Made by a program: the position numbers and the translations under genes
NCBI GenBank assembly: GCA_963701295.1
Contig: OY969585.1
Coordinates: forward strand, 672,001 to 736,000
From: Ignavibacteriota bacterium
GTDB lineage: Bacteria; Bacteroidota; Ignavibacteria; UBA10030
Reading direction: 5' to 3'
Length of the DNA: 64,000 nt
Part shown: in pieces, positions 21,417-31,612 of the stretch
Position numbering within the stretch: the stretch's first letter is position 1
Layout: every line of letters begins with the position of its first letter
Notes under the pieces: generated by a model
What the model saw: the letters and a program-made list of their open reading frames with translations, nothing else
What the model was told of the DNA's origin: nothing
The model's database searches: none

Positions 21417-22077
21417 AATAGAAGATCGTTGTTCCATTCGCTAGCACATCAAACTCACTTCTAATACATTTTTTAATAAAATCATAGCTCCTTCGTTCTC
21501 CTCTTTCCCATTTAATTTCAACAGCCCAATTAAGGTAATCGACAATCTGTAAATTGGCGTCAGATTTTGATGCAAAATGATATATGTTATAGCTGGAATT
21601 AAAACCTTTAACCCAAGACTTTAATTCGGTTTTTAATGCCTTTGTCTTAGCTTGTCCGTGCTTGCCGGTTGGCGGAGTATCGGTAACGACAATTATTTTA
21701 TTAAATCTGCCACCATAGAAATTAAAAACATATTTTAGAAGAATCTGAATAAATATGCCATAGAATCTTACTATATCGTTTTGTAAAACTGGGTTAACCT
21801 TATTCTTTTGAATTACAATGGTGTCAACACTGATTGTATCGGCATTGGTCTGAATAAATTCAAATACAATATCTCGCACCGTCTGTAAATCTTCTGCGGC
21901 TCGGAAATATTCTAATTCAAGGTCTCTATTCCAAATTTGGTACTTCAATTCTGATATACCAGACGTGTGCAACAACGGAGTTGTCGTGGTTAATGCGGAA
22001 AGAGTATAATATCTTGTTCCTTTATTGCTGAAATCAAAATTTCCACCTTCATCAAGAAAAATATAAAGTTCAGACAT
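21415..22077 (-). CDS. DUF3800-family protein (putative RNase H-like fold)
   Basis: N-terminal YIFLDEGG and C-terminal LQIVDY (DExG / QxxD signature); AT-rich relative to its flanks. Confidence 0.8.
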   Translation of the reverse strand: MSELYIFLDEGGNFDFSNKGTRYYTLSALTTTTPLLHTSGISELKYQIWNRDLELEYFRAAEDLQTVRDIVFEFIQTNADTISVDTIVIQKNKVNPVLQNDIVRFYGIFIQILLKYVFNFYGGRFNKIIVVTDTPPTGKHGQAKTKALKTELKSWVKGFNSSYNIYHFASKSDANLQIVDYLNWAVEIKWERGERRSYDFIKKCIRSEFDVLANGTTIFY

Positions 22078-22287
22078 GCCTTATGTTCTCTTCTCCAACC
22101 ATGTGTGGGTCAACGAATGGCACCTAAGTTGCCGCACTGATAACGTTAAAAGTTGCTGTGAATGAACCGAGTTTCAAATTGATAGCTTCTCCTTGTACCT
22201 TGCTCAGCGGAAATATGTTCTTTCTTCAAGCAAAAAGCAAGCACTTGGTATTCAGAACTTAGAAGTTATCCAAAATGTTGAGAAAAA

Positions 22288-22382
22288 GTCATTGCGAGGA
22301 ACGAGGTAACGAAGCAATCTGCAATTCTCAACGGAAAACAAAAGCGAGATTGCTTCTCCCGATAAATCGGGATCGTAATGAC
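22288..22382. repeat. REP-like miniature palindromic element
   Basis: GTCATTGCGA...GAAGCAATCT / AGATTGCTTC...TCGTAATGAC nested inverted repeats; internal CCCGAT-AA-ATCGGG hairpin. Confidence 0.7.
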
Positions 22383-22452
22383 ATGTTTCACTTATGAAAA
22401 ACCTGAAACTCAAGAGAACGTTTCGTACGTTTCATAATATAGAGCTTAGATC

Positions 22453-24774
22453 TTGAAGTCTGATGAACATACCGACAATTTTCTTCGGCTCGCCGTCGCC
22501 ATTCGCGGCGCTGTGCAGGGTGTTGGATTTCGTCCGTTTGTGTACAAACTTGCCGCAGAAATGCAAGTCAACGGCTGGGTCTCAAATACATCCCAAGGAG
22601 TTTTTATAGAAATTGAAGGTACAAAAGAAACACTCGACCGATTTCTCCTGCGCCTGCAAAAGGAAATCCCGCCACGCGCATTCATCCAGAGTTTAGAGTT
22701 TTCGTTCCTTGATCCGATCGGATTTGAAAAATTTGAAATTCGCAAAAGCGACACCGGCGGCGCCAAAACGAGTATCATACTGCCGGATATCGCTACGTGC
22801 CCCGATTGTTTAAAAGAAATCTTCAATCCATCGAATCGCCGCTATCTCTATCCGTTTACCAATTGCACGAACTGCGGGCCGCGCTTCTCTATTATAGAGG
22901 CAATACCATACGACCGCCCCAATACATCGATGAAAAAGTTCGAGATGTGTCCCGAATGCCAGACAGAGTATGAAAATCCGCTCGACCGGCGTTTTCATGC
23001 CCAGCCCAATGCATGTCCCAAGTGCGGACCGCAACTTCAACTCTGGGATACCAACGGAAAGAAATTAGCCGGACAGCACGATGCACTTTTACAAGCAGCA
23101 AGCGCGATTGAAGCCGGAAAGATTGTTGCCGTGAAAGGCATCGGCGGATTTCATTTGATGGAAGACGCGAGGAACGATGAAACCGTCAGGCGACTGCGCG
23201 AACGAAAGCATCGGGAAGAAAAACCGTTCGCACTCATGTTTCCATCACTGGAAGACGTGAAAAAAGAATGCGAGGTTGATGAACTCGAAGAACGACTTCT
23301 CTCTTCACCAGAGTCTCCCATCGTTTTGCTGCAAAGGAAACACTTTGCAATCGATAATCGCAAATCGACTATCTCCCAATCCGTCGCCCCCAACAATCCA
23401 TACTTAGGCTGCATGATTCCCTATTCACCTTTGCATCACATCTTGATACGCCAGCTTGGATTCCCTGTTGTGGCTACGAGCGGAAATTTGTCCGATGAGC
23501 CAATCTGCACTGACGAATACGAAGCACTCGAACGGCTTCACGAAATTGCAGATTTATACCTTGTTCACGATCGCCCCGTTGTTCGGCATGTAGATGATTC
23601 CATCGTGCGAATTATGATGGGACGAGAGTTGGTCATAAGGCGGGCACGAGGATATGCACCGTTACCGATTACTGTAAAGACACAGCATGCTGTGTCCCTG
23701 CTTGCGGTCGGTGCACATTTAAAGAATACCATCGCACTTATGTCGGATTCAAATGTTTTCATTTCGCAACATATCGGCGATTTGGAAACAAAAGAATCTC
23801 TCGATGCATTTCACTGTGTTGTCAACGACTTTCAGACAATGTACAATTGCAAACCTGATTATATCGTCTGCGATCTTCACCCTGATTATCTCTCCTCAAA
23901 GTTTGCCTGGAGTACCGGCATTCCACTTTTAGAAGTTCAACACCATGACGCACACGTCGCCTCTTGTATGGCAGAGAATCAACTTGAAGGTGAAGTGCTT
24001 GGTGTATCGTGGGATGGGACCGGCTATGGACTTGATGGCACGATTTGGGGCGGTGAATTTTTACTTGCCACAAAGACATCGTTTGAGCGCGTTGCGACTT
24101 TCCGTCCGTTTCGGCTGCCGGGTGGAGAAAAAGCCATCAAAGAACCGCGTCGTGCGGCACTGGGAATGTTATATGAACTATTCGGCGATGAAGTCTTTCA
24201 TCGACAAGACTTGCCTCCACTGAATGCATTCACATCTGCGGAACTTGAACTCCTCAATCAAGTGTTATTAAAGAGAGTGAATGCACCTGTCACCACAAGC
24301 GTAGGTAGAATCTTTGATGCTGTCACTTCAATAATCGGATTACAGCAGAGAGTAAACTATGAGGGTCAGGCGGCGATGGAGTTGGAATTCTTAACACATG
24401 GTATGAAGAGCGAAGATCGTTATCTCTTTGAAATTAATGAAATGCCAAATGTAAAATTAGTTGACTGGCGATCAATCCTTGATGGGATCATGACAGATAT
24501 GAGAGACCACATCAGTCGTTCAATCATCTCTGCAAAATTTCACAATACGCTCGTTGAAATTATCATTGCAGTCGCAAAAATGATTGGCCAGCCGCGTGTC
24601 GTTCTATCAGGCGGATGTTTCCAAAATCGATATCTTGCGGAACGGACAGTGATGCGATTGCAAGAAGAGGAATTTCGACCGTACTGGCATCAACGAGTTC
24701 CGCCAAATGACGGGGGGATTGCCTTAGGACAGGTCTATACCGCTCTGCGTTTACAAAAAGCAAATAGACCTTGA
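22453..24774 (+). CDS. hypF: Carbamoyltransferase HypF
   Basis: GAVQGVGFRPFVY, two CxxC zinc fingers, RRFHAQP, VQHH, PPNDGGIALGQ. Confidence 0.97.
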   Translation: MKSDEHTDNFLRLAVAIRGAVQGVGFRPFVYKLAAEMQVNGWVSNTSQGVFIEIEGTKETLDRFLLRLQKEIPPRAFIQSLEFSFLDPIGFEKFEIRKSDTGGAKTSIILPDIATCPDCLKEIFNPSNRRYLYPFTNCTNCGPRFSIIEAIPYDRPNTSMKKFEMCPECQTEYENPLDRRFHAQPNACPKCGPQLQLWDTNGKKLAGQHDALLQAASAIEAGKIVAVKGIGGFHLMEDARNDETVRRLRERKHREEKPFALMFPSLEDVKKECEVDELEERLLSSPESPIVLLQRKHFAIDNRKSTISQSVAPNNPYLGCMIPYSPLHHILIRQLGFPVVATSGNLSDEPICTDEYEALERLHEIADLYLVHDRPVVRHVDDSIVRIMMGRELVIRRARGYAPLPITVKTQHAVSLLAVGAHLKNTIALMSDSNVFISQHIGDLETKESLDAFHCVVNDFQTMYNCKPDYIVCDLHPDYLSSKFAWSTGIPLLEVQHHDAHVASCMAENQLEGEVLGVSWDGTGYGLDGTIWGGEFLLATKTSFERVATFRPFRLPGGEKAIKEPRRAALGMLYELFGDEVFHRQDLPPLNAFTSAELELLNQVLLKRVNAPVTTSVGRIFDAVTSIIGLQQRVNYEGQAAMELEFLTHGMKSEDRYLFEINEMPNVKLVDWRSILDGIMTDMRDHISRSIISAKFHNTLVEIIIAVAKMIGQPRVVLSGGCFQNRYLAERTVMRLQEEEFRPYWHQRVPPNDGGIALGQVYTALRLQKANRP

Positions 24775-24820
24775 TTATGGATTCAGGAATGAGAACATTG
24801 AAGATGGAAAGGAGTTTATA

Positions 24821-25072
24821 ATGTGTTTAGCAATCCCCGGAAAAGTGGTGGAAATTGACTCGACTGTCTCACCGGTTATGGGTAAAGTGAGCTTCGGCGG
24901 TGTCAAGAAAGAAGTCTGCCTTGAGCTCGTGCCCGAAGTGAAAATCGGTGAATATGTCATTGTACACGTCGGCTTCGCTATTAGCACGATGAATGAAACT
25001 GAGGCGCTTGAAACGTTGAAACTATTCGAACAAATGGGGGAATCAATAGATGAAGCAATTGATCCTGTATAG
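24821..25072 (+). CDS. hypC: Hydrogenase maturation chaperone HypC
   Basis: MCLAIPG...VHVGFA; GGAG RBS. Confidence 0.97.
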   Translation: MCLAIPGKVVEIDSTVSPVMGKVSFGGVKKEVCLELVPEVKIGEYVIVHVGFAISTMNETEALETLKLFEQMGESIDEAIDPV

Positions 25073-25242
25073 TTATTTATCTCATCAATCGGATCAATCA
25101 CATATTGTTACCTTGTCCTTCCTTACATTTCACAGTTGCACTGTGAGAATGATTTTCTTAGTATTGGTAGTTATGGAGAGAAAGGATGAGTGCCTTATCG
25201 CCAAAATTCTCACACTCACATTCCAAAGAACATTGAGGCAAC

Positions 25243-26334
25243 GTGCGATTCATAGATGAATTTCGTAACGGTAAGACAGCCGCAGCGTATCTTGAACGCA
25301 TCCATGCTGTCAGTGCTCATCCGTGGACAATTATGGAAATCTGCGGCGGACAAACGCATACAATCGTCAAATCCGGAATTGACGATCTGCTTCCTTCTTC
25401 ACTCACATTGGTTCATGGGCCAGGCTGTCCGGTCTGTGTTACTCCTCTCGAAATCATCGATAAAGCTGTAGCCATTGCTTCGCAGGCCGATGTTCTCTTC
25501 ACATCATTTGGTGATATGCTGCGAGTACCGGGTTCGGAGAAAGATTTGCTCACTATCAAAGCACAAGGCGGCGATGTGCGCATCGTCTACTCTCCTCTTG
25601 ATGCAGTAAAACTGGCACAGCAGAACCCTGATAAAAAAATCGTATTCTTTGCCGTCGGTTTCGAGACCACGGCGCCGGCAAACGCCATGTCTGTCTGGCA
25701 GGCAGCGCAGCTTGGATTAAAAAATTATTCGATTCTGTGTTCGCATGTACTTGTGCCGCCGGCGATGGAAGCGATTCTCTCTTCGCCGGCAAATCGTGTA
25801 CAAGGATTTCTCGCCGCAGGCCATGTCTGCACAGTCATGGGATATGAAGAATACATTCCACTTGCAGCAAAATATCGCGTTCCAATTGTTATTACCGGAT
25901 TTGAACCTGTCGATATTCTTCAAGGGATTCTCATGACGCTGCAACAGCTGGAAGAAGGCCGCTCAGTTGTTGAGAACCAATATTCTCGGTCTGTACGGCG
26001 TGAAGGAAATCGTCCTGCACAAGAACTGATCCAAAAAATATTTCAGATAACCGATCGCGCTTGGCGCGGCATTGGATTAATTCCCAAAAGTGGTTACCGT
26101 GTACGCGACGAGTATTCGGCATTTGATGCAGAAAATATATTCGATGTCGCAACTATTCAAACACACGAGTCACCGCTGTGCATTGCAGGACAAGTAATGC
26201 AAGGATTGAAGAAACCGCGCGAGTGTACTGCTTTTGGCATTCAATGTACACCGGAACATCCTCTCGGAGCACCTATGGTTTCTTCCGAAGGAGCGTGCGC
26301 TGCATATTATCATTATGGAAAAATGCGTCATTGA
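25243..26334 (+). CDS. hypD: Hydrogenase maturation protein HypD
   Basis: [30 protein letters not shown]. Confidence 0.97.
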   Translation: MRFIDEFRNGKTAAAYLERIHAVSAHPWTIMEICGGQTHTIVKSGIDDLLPSSLTLVHGPGCPVCVTPLEIIDKAVAIASQADVLFTSFGDMLRVPGSEKDLLTIKAQGGDVRIVYSPLDAVKLAQQNPDKKIVFFAVGFETTAPANAMSVWQAAQLGLKNYSILCSHVLVPPAMEAILSSPANRVQGFLAAGHVCTVMGYEEYIPLAAKYRVPIVITGFEPVDILQGILMTLQQLEEGRSVVENQYSRSVRREGNRPAQELIQKIFQITDRAWRGIGLIPKSGYRVRDEYSAFDAENIFDVATIQTHESPLCIAGQVMQGLKKPRECTAFGIQCTPEHPLGAPMVSSEGACAAYYHYGKMRH

Positions 26335-26396
26335 AAATATATTCGATGCAGAGATTTCGCGTAGAGACTTCTGAGCGTTAAGAAAGGATACGGCAC

Positions 26397-29300
26397 ATGA
26401 AAAAACGTCTATCCATCCAGACAACTTCTTGGTTCCTCATCACCATTTTCCTGTTCTTGGTGGCGGGCATTCTCATCACAGGATTTCTTTTCTATCAAAA
26501 ACAACGTGAACGTATCAAAACGGAGGTTCAGAACAATCTCGCAGCGATCGCAGATTTGAAAACAGAACAAATTGCACGGTGGCAACAAGAACGCATAATC
26601 GATGCCAAGCTTGTCTATAACAACGCAGCGATAGCTCGTCAAGTTGATGCATATTTCAAGACCCCGAAGAAAACAGGTCCCAAACAAGATCTCCTTAAGT
26701 TGATGAAATCCTTCCAGGAACAGGCGGGATACAAGTCTATTCTGTTACTTGATACAAAAAGAAATATTCGTTTGTCAGTCTCCAATCACGATGATTCTGT
26801 TTGTTCGTATGGACAAACAATTTTTAGAGAAGCACTTCTTTATCGGCGAATTACTTTTTCTGATTTACACATATCGAAGAGTGTTCCGTATGTACACATC
26901 GATTTGATGGTTCCCCTTTTATCTCCAGATCGGAGTGATAGTATGATCATCGGTGTACTCATCCTGCGAATCGATCCGAACGATGTTCTCTTCCCCCTTA
27001 TCCAATCTTGGCCAACACCAAGCCGCACATCCGAAACACTCTTATTGGAACAAGATGGAGACAGTATTGTCTATTTGAATGAGCTTCGTCATCGAAAGAA
27101 TACGACGCTGACATTACGCCTGCCGATTTCCAACGAACAGCTTCCCGCTTCGAAGGCAGTCCGCGGTATCAAAGGAGTCGTAGAAGGTATTGATTATCGC
27201 GGTGTATCTGTGCTTGCAGCGATTAGAGCTATTCCCGATTCTCCTTGGTATATGAATGCAAAAGTTGACCAGAAAGAAATTTATGCGCCTCTTCGTTCAC
27301 AAGCATGGATAGTAGGCATTGGGATGTTCCTCCTTATCTTATCAACTGGCAGTATTATCGGTTTCTGGTGGCGGCATCAACGAGCTCTCTTCTATCGCGA
27401 GAAGTATTTGGCAGAACTTGAGCGCCAAGCGCTGATCAAGCACTTTGATTATATCATCAAGTATTCTAATGATATCATCTTATTGGTCAATATGGATGGT
27501 AGGATCGTTGATGCCAACGATCAAGCATGTAGGAACTATGGCTACACACGTGAGGAGTTATTCCAATTAAGTATACGCAACCTCCATTCGCCAAAAACTC
27601 ACTCTCAGGTTGAGAAACAAATGAAACAGGTTGAAGAGCAAGGTGGATTAGTGTTTGAAACAGAGCACCGGCGAAAAGACAGCACAGTGTTTCCAGTCGA
27701 AGTAAGTTCACGGTTCATTAAGATTGACGAAACGAGATTCTATCAAAGTATCGTTCGCGATATCACGGAGCGCAAACAAGCGGAGGAGAAGTTGCGTGAG
27801 AGCGAAGAAAAATATCGGAGTCTTGTTGAGAACTCTCTCGAAGGAATTGGTCTCTCCAAATATAATCAGGTAATCTATGCCAATAAAGCTTTGCTTGAAA
27901 TCTATGGCTACGATGACATTGAAGAATTCCTTGCAAAACCGCTCCTAAACTATGTCGCACCCGAATCGCAAATAAAAATTCAAGATATGCTCACAAAAGC
28001 TAAGGAGGGTAAACCACACGAGAAGAGTTTTAGCTACAAGATTATTCGCAAAGACGGCGAATTGAGAGACATAGAGATAACTACTGATCATGTAAAGATT
28101 GGAGATGATCTTTATACACAAAGCACTTTCCGCGATATAACCGAACGTCTACGAACGGAGGAAACACTCCGTAAAAGTGAAGAAAGATTTAAAAATTTAT
28201 CTATTTTATTGCCCCAAATTGTTTTTGAAACAAACGAAAATGGAAATCTGACATTCATCAACCGTCAAGGATTTATCGTTGCAGGCTATACGGAAGAAGA
28301 TATTGCTAAAGGATTGAATGCCATTCAAATGTTTGCTCCGCAAGATAGAAACAGAGCATTAGAGAATATGCTCAAGCGATTGAATGGAGAGGAAATAGGA
28401 CAACAAGAATACTTACTAACCAAGAAAGACGGCAGCACGTTTCCCGTGATTCTCTATGCAAATAGAATTATGCAAGATAATAAGCCTATAGGCTTGAGCG
28501 GGATCATCATAGATATTACCGACCGCAAGCAAGCAGAAGAGGCGCTGCATAACAATGAAGAGCGTTTTCGTCGATTAGTTGGATCAGTGACCGATTATAT
28601 TTATTCCGTAAAACTTGAATCCGGTCATCCTGTTGCTACATCCCATGCTCCGGCATGTGTATCAGTAACCGGCTATACGGCGGAGGAATATGCAGCCGAT
28701 CCGGATCTTTGGTATCGAATGATCTACGAAAAAGATAAACAGCTTGTAACAAATCTTACAGAAAAAATACTTACTGGATTTGAAATACTGCCTCTCGAGC
28801 ACCGCATCGTTCATAAAAATGGTTCTCTCCGATGGGTAAAAAATACAATCGTGGTCAAACAAGATGCCAATGGCGTTCCTATCTCGTACGATGGTTTGAT
28901 TGAAGATATTACCATGCAAAAGCAGGCAGATGAAGTTCTGCGAGAGAGCGAAGAAACGGCATATGCACTCCTGAATGCATCCAGTGAGGCGGCATATCTC
29001 TTAGATACCGAACGAAGAATCATCGCTGTAAACGAAGCCGGTGCGCAGAGATTTGGAAAAAGCATTGATGAGTTACCTGGTGTATGTGTTGATGACTTAT
29101 TCCCGTCGGAAACAGTAGAATCAAGAAAAACATTCATAGATCAAGTTTTTCGCATACGCAAACCGGTTCACTTTAAAGATGTGCGATCGGGAATACATTT
29201 AGAAAACTCTCTCTATCCTATTACTGATGCGGAAGGGAACGTAATAAGAATCGCAGTCTATTCAAGAGATATCACCGAACGCATTCGGATAGAGGAAACG

Positions 29301-31565
29301 ATCCATCGCGAGCGCAACCTTCTCCGGACATTGATTGATAATCTGCCCGATGCAATTTATGTCAAAGACAGTGCTTGCCGCAAGACTATTGTCAACCCAG
29401 CCGATGTGAATAATATAGGCTGCCAATCAGAGTCCGAAGTTTTAGGCAAGAATGACTTTGACCTTTTTCCGAAGGAATTAGCGGAGAGGTTCTTTGCCGA
29501 TGATCAATTAGTCTTCCAAACTGGAAAGCCAGTGCTTAATAGAGAAGAATATGTGCTTGATGCGGAAGGCAAGAAACGTTGGTTGTTAACATCTAAGTTG
29601 CCATTGCGGGATGAAAAGGGTCAAATCATTGGTCTGGTTGGTATTGGTCGCGACATCACCGAACGCATACAGACAGAGGAGGCGCTGCGGCAAAGTGAAT
29701 CTCTCTTCAGAATGTTGGTCGAGTCCTCTCCTGTTGCAATTGCCGTTTTCTCCGGGCCATCAAAGAAGCTCGACTATGTCAGTGATAGGTTCGCAGGACT
29801 TTTCGGGTATGACAAAGAAGATATTCCTTCGATGGATGCGTGGTGGCAGCTTGCGTATCCGGTTGAAGAATATCGCAATCAGATAGTAATAAAATGGTGC
29901 GAGACTCTTGTAGAAGCGCAGCGCGAAGGGAGCGTTATAGAACCGCTGGAATCTGTCGTCACGTGTCAGGATGGTTCTACAAAGTACATCGAATCTACCT
30001 TCACATCGATTGGCGAAGATACTCTCGTCTTTTTCACTGATCTCACGCAGCACCGCTTGGCACAAGAAGCACTCCGCCAAACCCATGCATTCAATGAATT
30101 GCTTATCCAAACGATGCCCTTCGGAATGAACATTGTTGATGAAGAGGGGAATATTTTATTCGTTAGTAAAGCTATGAAGGAAATGCTTACTGTTGACGTG
30201 GTAGAGATGTGCTGCTGGCAAGTGTATAAAGACGATAATCAGCAATGTGTTGACTGTCCGTTACGGAAAGGGATCACCTTCGGAAAACCTGATATTATCG
30301 AAACCACGGGAATCTTAGGCGGAAAAATCTTCCAGATCAGTCAAGTTGGAATGATGTACGAAGGGAAAAAAGCGATGCTGGAAGTTTTCCAGGATATCAC
30401 AGAACAAAAAAAGCTCCAGCAAGAATTAATACAATCGCAAAAACTTTTAAGCATTGGCACGATGGCGGGCGGTATAGCGCACGACTTTAATAATATCCTC
30501 GCAATTATCCTCGGGTATTCTTCCCTCCTTCATTCCATTAAAGATAATCCTCAAAAATTCTCCGACGCAGTGAGTGCCATACGGCAATCCGTCGATCGGG
30601 GCGCAGGGCTTGTACGGCAAATTCTCACATTCGCTCGCAAAACCGATATCTTATTCGAACCACTCAGCATATCCGAACTTGTCAAGGAATTAGTATCGAT
30701 GCTGCAGCAGACTTTTCCCAAAATCATCACCTTCAACACACGTATGGAAAAACACCTTCCGTACATCAAAGCAGATCATACACAAATACATCAGGCACTT
30801 CTCAATTTGTGCGTCAATGCACGCGACGCAATGCCAAATGGCGGCGAGATATCCATTGCGATAGAAAAAGTACCTGGAGAGAAATTGAGAGGGCGATTTT
30901 CATCTGCAACGAACCCATGGTATATAAACCTCAGTGTGTCCGATACCGGCATAGGAATGGATGAAGCAATTCGTAATCAGATCTTCGATCCGTTCTTTAC
31001 AACAAAAGAAAAAGGAAAAGGGACCGGTTTGGGCTTGTCTGTTGTCTATGGTATCGTACAAGCACACCATGGTTTTGTCAATGTCGAAAGTACTCTTGAA
31101 CGCGGAACGACATTCCTTCTCTATTTCCCTGTGCCACAAGAAAGCAGTGCCGCAATCGAATCTCATAAGCAAGGCGAAGAGCAGCTTTCCGGCGGGAATG
31201 AAACGCTTCTCTTGGTGGAAGACGAGACTCTTCTGTTGGATATGGTGCAGATCCTTCTCGAATCAAATGGGTATACCGTGTTCACCGCAAAAGACGGAGA
31301 AGAAGCCGTCCAGGTGTATCAACAGCATGCACATGAAATTGCGCTTGTTATCAGCGATATGGGATTACCGAAGTTGACGGGAGTGTCTGAATATGAGAAA
31401 ATGAGAGAAATCAATCCTGCGGTAAAAATTATCTTTGCCAGTGGATTCTTTGAACCTGACAGCAAAGCCAAATTGGAAAACGCAGGGGCAAAGGGATTTC
31501 TCCAAAAACCGTATGTTATTGAAGAAGTTCTTTCAAAGATCAGGAAGGTACTGGACGCAAACTAA
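26397..31565 (+). CDS. Hybrid sensor histidine kinase: Cache-like periplasmic domain, about 8 PAS/PAC domains, HisKA, HATPase, receiver
   Basis: Two TM segments; eight DIT/DLT-ending PAS units; GIAHDFNN; NLCVNARDAM; GTGLGL; C-terminal LLVEDE...SDMGLP...KPY. Confidence 0.95.
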   Translation: MKKRLSIQTTSWFLITIFLFLVAGILITGFLFYQKQRERIKTEVQNNLAAIADLKTEQIARWQQERIIDAKLVYNNAAIARQVDAYFKTPKKTGPKQDLLKLMKSFQEQAGYKSILLLDTKRNIRLSVSNHDDSVCSYGQTIFREALLYRRITFSDLHISKSVPYVHIDLMVPLLSPDRSDSMIIGVLILRIDPNDVLFPLIQSWPTPSRTSETLLLEQDGDSIVYLNELRHRKNTTLTLRLPISNEQLPASKAVRGIKGVVEGIDYRGVSVLAAIRAIPDSPWYMNAKVDQKEIYAPLRSQAWIVGIGMFLLILSTGSIIGFWWRHQRALFYREKYLAELERQALIKHFDYIIKYSNDIILLVNMDGRIVDANDQACRNYGYTREELFQLSIRNLHSPKTHSQVEKQMKQVEEQGGLVFETEHRRKDSTVFPVEVSSRFIKIDETRFYQSIVRDITERKQAEEKLRESEEKYRSLVENSLEGIGLSKYNQVIYANKALLEIYGYDDIEEFLAKPLLNYVAPESQIKIQDMLTKAKEGKPHEKSFSYKIIRKDGELRDIEITTDHVKIGDDLYTQSTFRDITERLRTEETLRKSEERFKNLSILLPQIVFETNENGNLTFINRQGFIVAGYTEEDIAKGLNAIQMFAPQDRNRALENMLKRLNGEEIGQQEYLLTKKDGSTFPVILYANRIMQDNKPIGLSGIIIDITDRKQAEEALHNNEERFRRLVGSVTDYIYSVKLESGHPVATSHAPACVSVTGYTAEEYAADPDLWYRMIYEKDKQLVTNLTEKILTGFEILPLEHRIVHKNGSLRWVKNTIVVKQDANGVPISYDGLIEDITMQKQADEVLRESEETAYALLNASSEAAYLLDTERRIIAVNEAGAQRFGKSIDELPGVCVDDLFPSETVESRKTFIDQVFRIRKPVHFKDVRSGIHLENSLYPITDAEGNVIRIAVYSRDITERIRIEETIHRERNLLRTLIDNLPDAIYVKDSACRKTIVNPADVNNIGCQSESEVLGKNDFDLFPKELAERFFADDQLVFQTGKPVLNREEYVLDAEGKKRWLLTSKLPLRDEKGQIIGLVGIGRDITERIQTEEALRQSESLFRMLVESSPVAIAVFSGPSKKLDYVSDRFAGLFGYDKEDIPSMDAWWQLAYPVEEYRNQIVIKWCETLVEAQREGSVIEPLESVVTCQDGSTKYIESTFTSIGEDTLVFFTDLTQHRLAQEALRQTHAFNELLIQTMPFGMNIVDEEGNILFVSKAMKEMLTVDVVEMCCWQVYKDDNQQCVDCPLRKGITFGKPDIIETTGILGGKIFQISQVGMMYEGKKAMLEVFQDITEQKKLQQELIQSQKLLSIGTMAGGIAHDFNNILAIILGYSSLLHSIKDNPQKFSDAVSAIRQSVDRGAGLVRQILTFARKTDILFEPLSISELVKELVSMLQQTFPKIITFNTRMEKHLPYIKADHTQIHQALLNLCVNARDAMPNGGEISIAIEKVPGEKLRGRFSSATNPWYINLSVSDTGIGMDEAIRNQIFDPFFTTKEKGKGTGLGLSVVYGIVQAHHGFVNVESTLERGTTFLLYFPVPQESSAAIESHKQGEEQLSGGNETLLLVEDETLLLDMVQILLESNGYTVFTAKDGEEAVQVYQQHAHEIALVISDMGLPKLTGVSEYEKMREINPAVKIIFASGFFEPDSKAKLENAGAKGFLQKPYVIEEVLSKIRKVLDAN

Positions 31566-31612
31566 GATTTCTGGAACTAAAGAATTGCGCGAGAGAAAGA
31601 GAAATAATTCTT

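Noticed and set aside
22108-22212. Possible integron attC remnant (CAAC-GAATGGCACCTAAGTTGCCGC ... CAGCGG) beside the DUF3800 gene
   Set aside because: Only a left-arm-like segment; no matching GTTRRRY right end and no integrase in the window
25142-25214. 9-bp inverted repeat TGTGAGAAT/ATTCTCACA in the hypC-hypD gap
   Set aside because: Short, widely spaced, no further support as a riboswitch or mobile element
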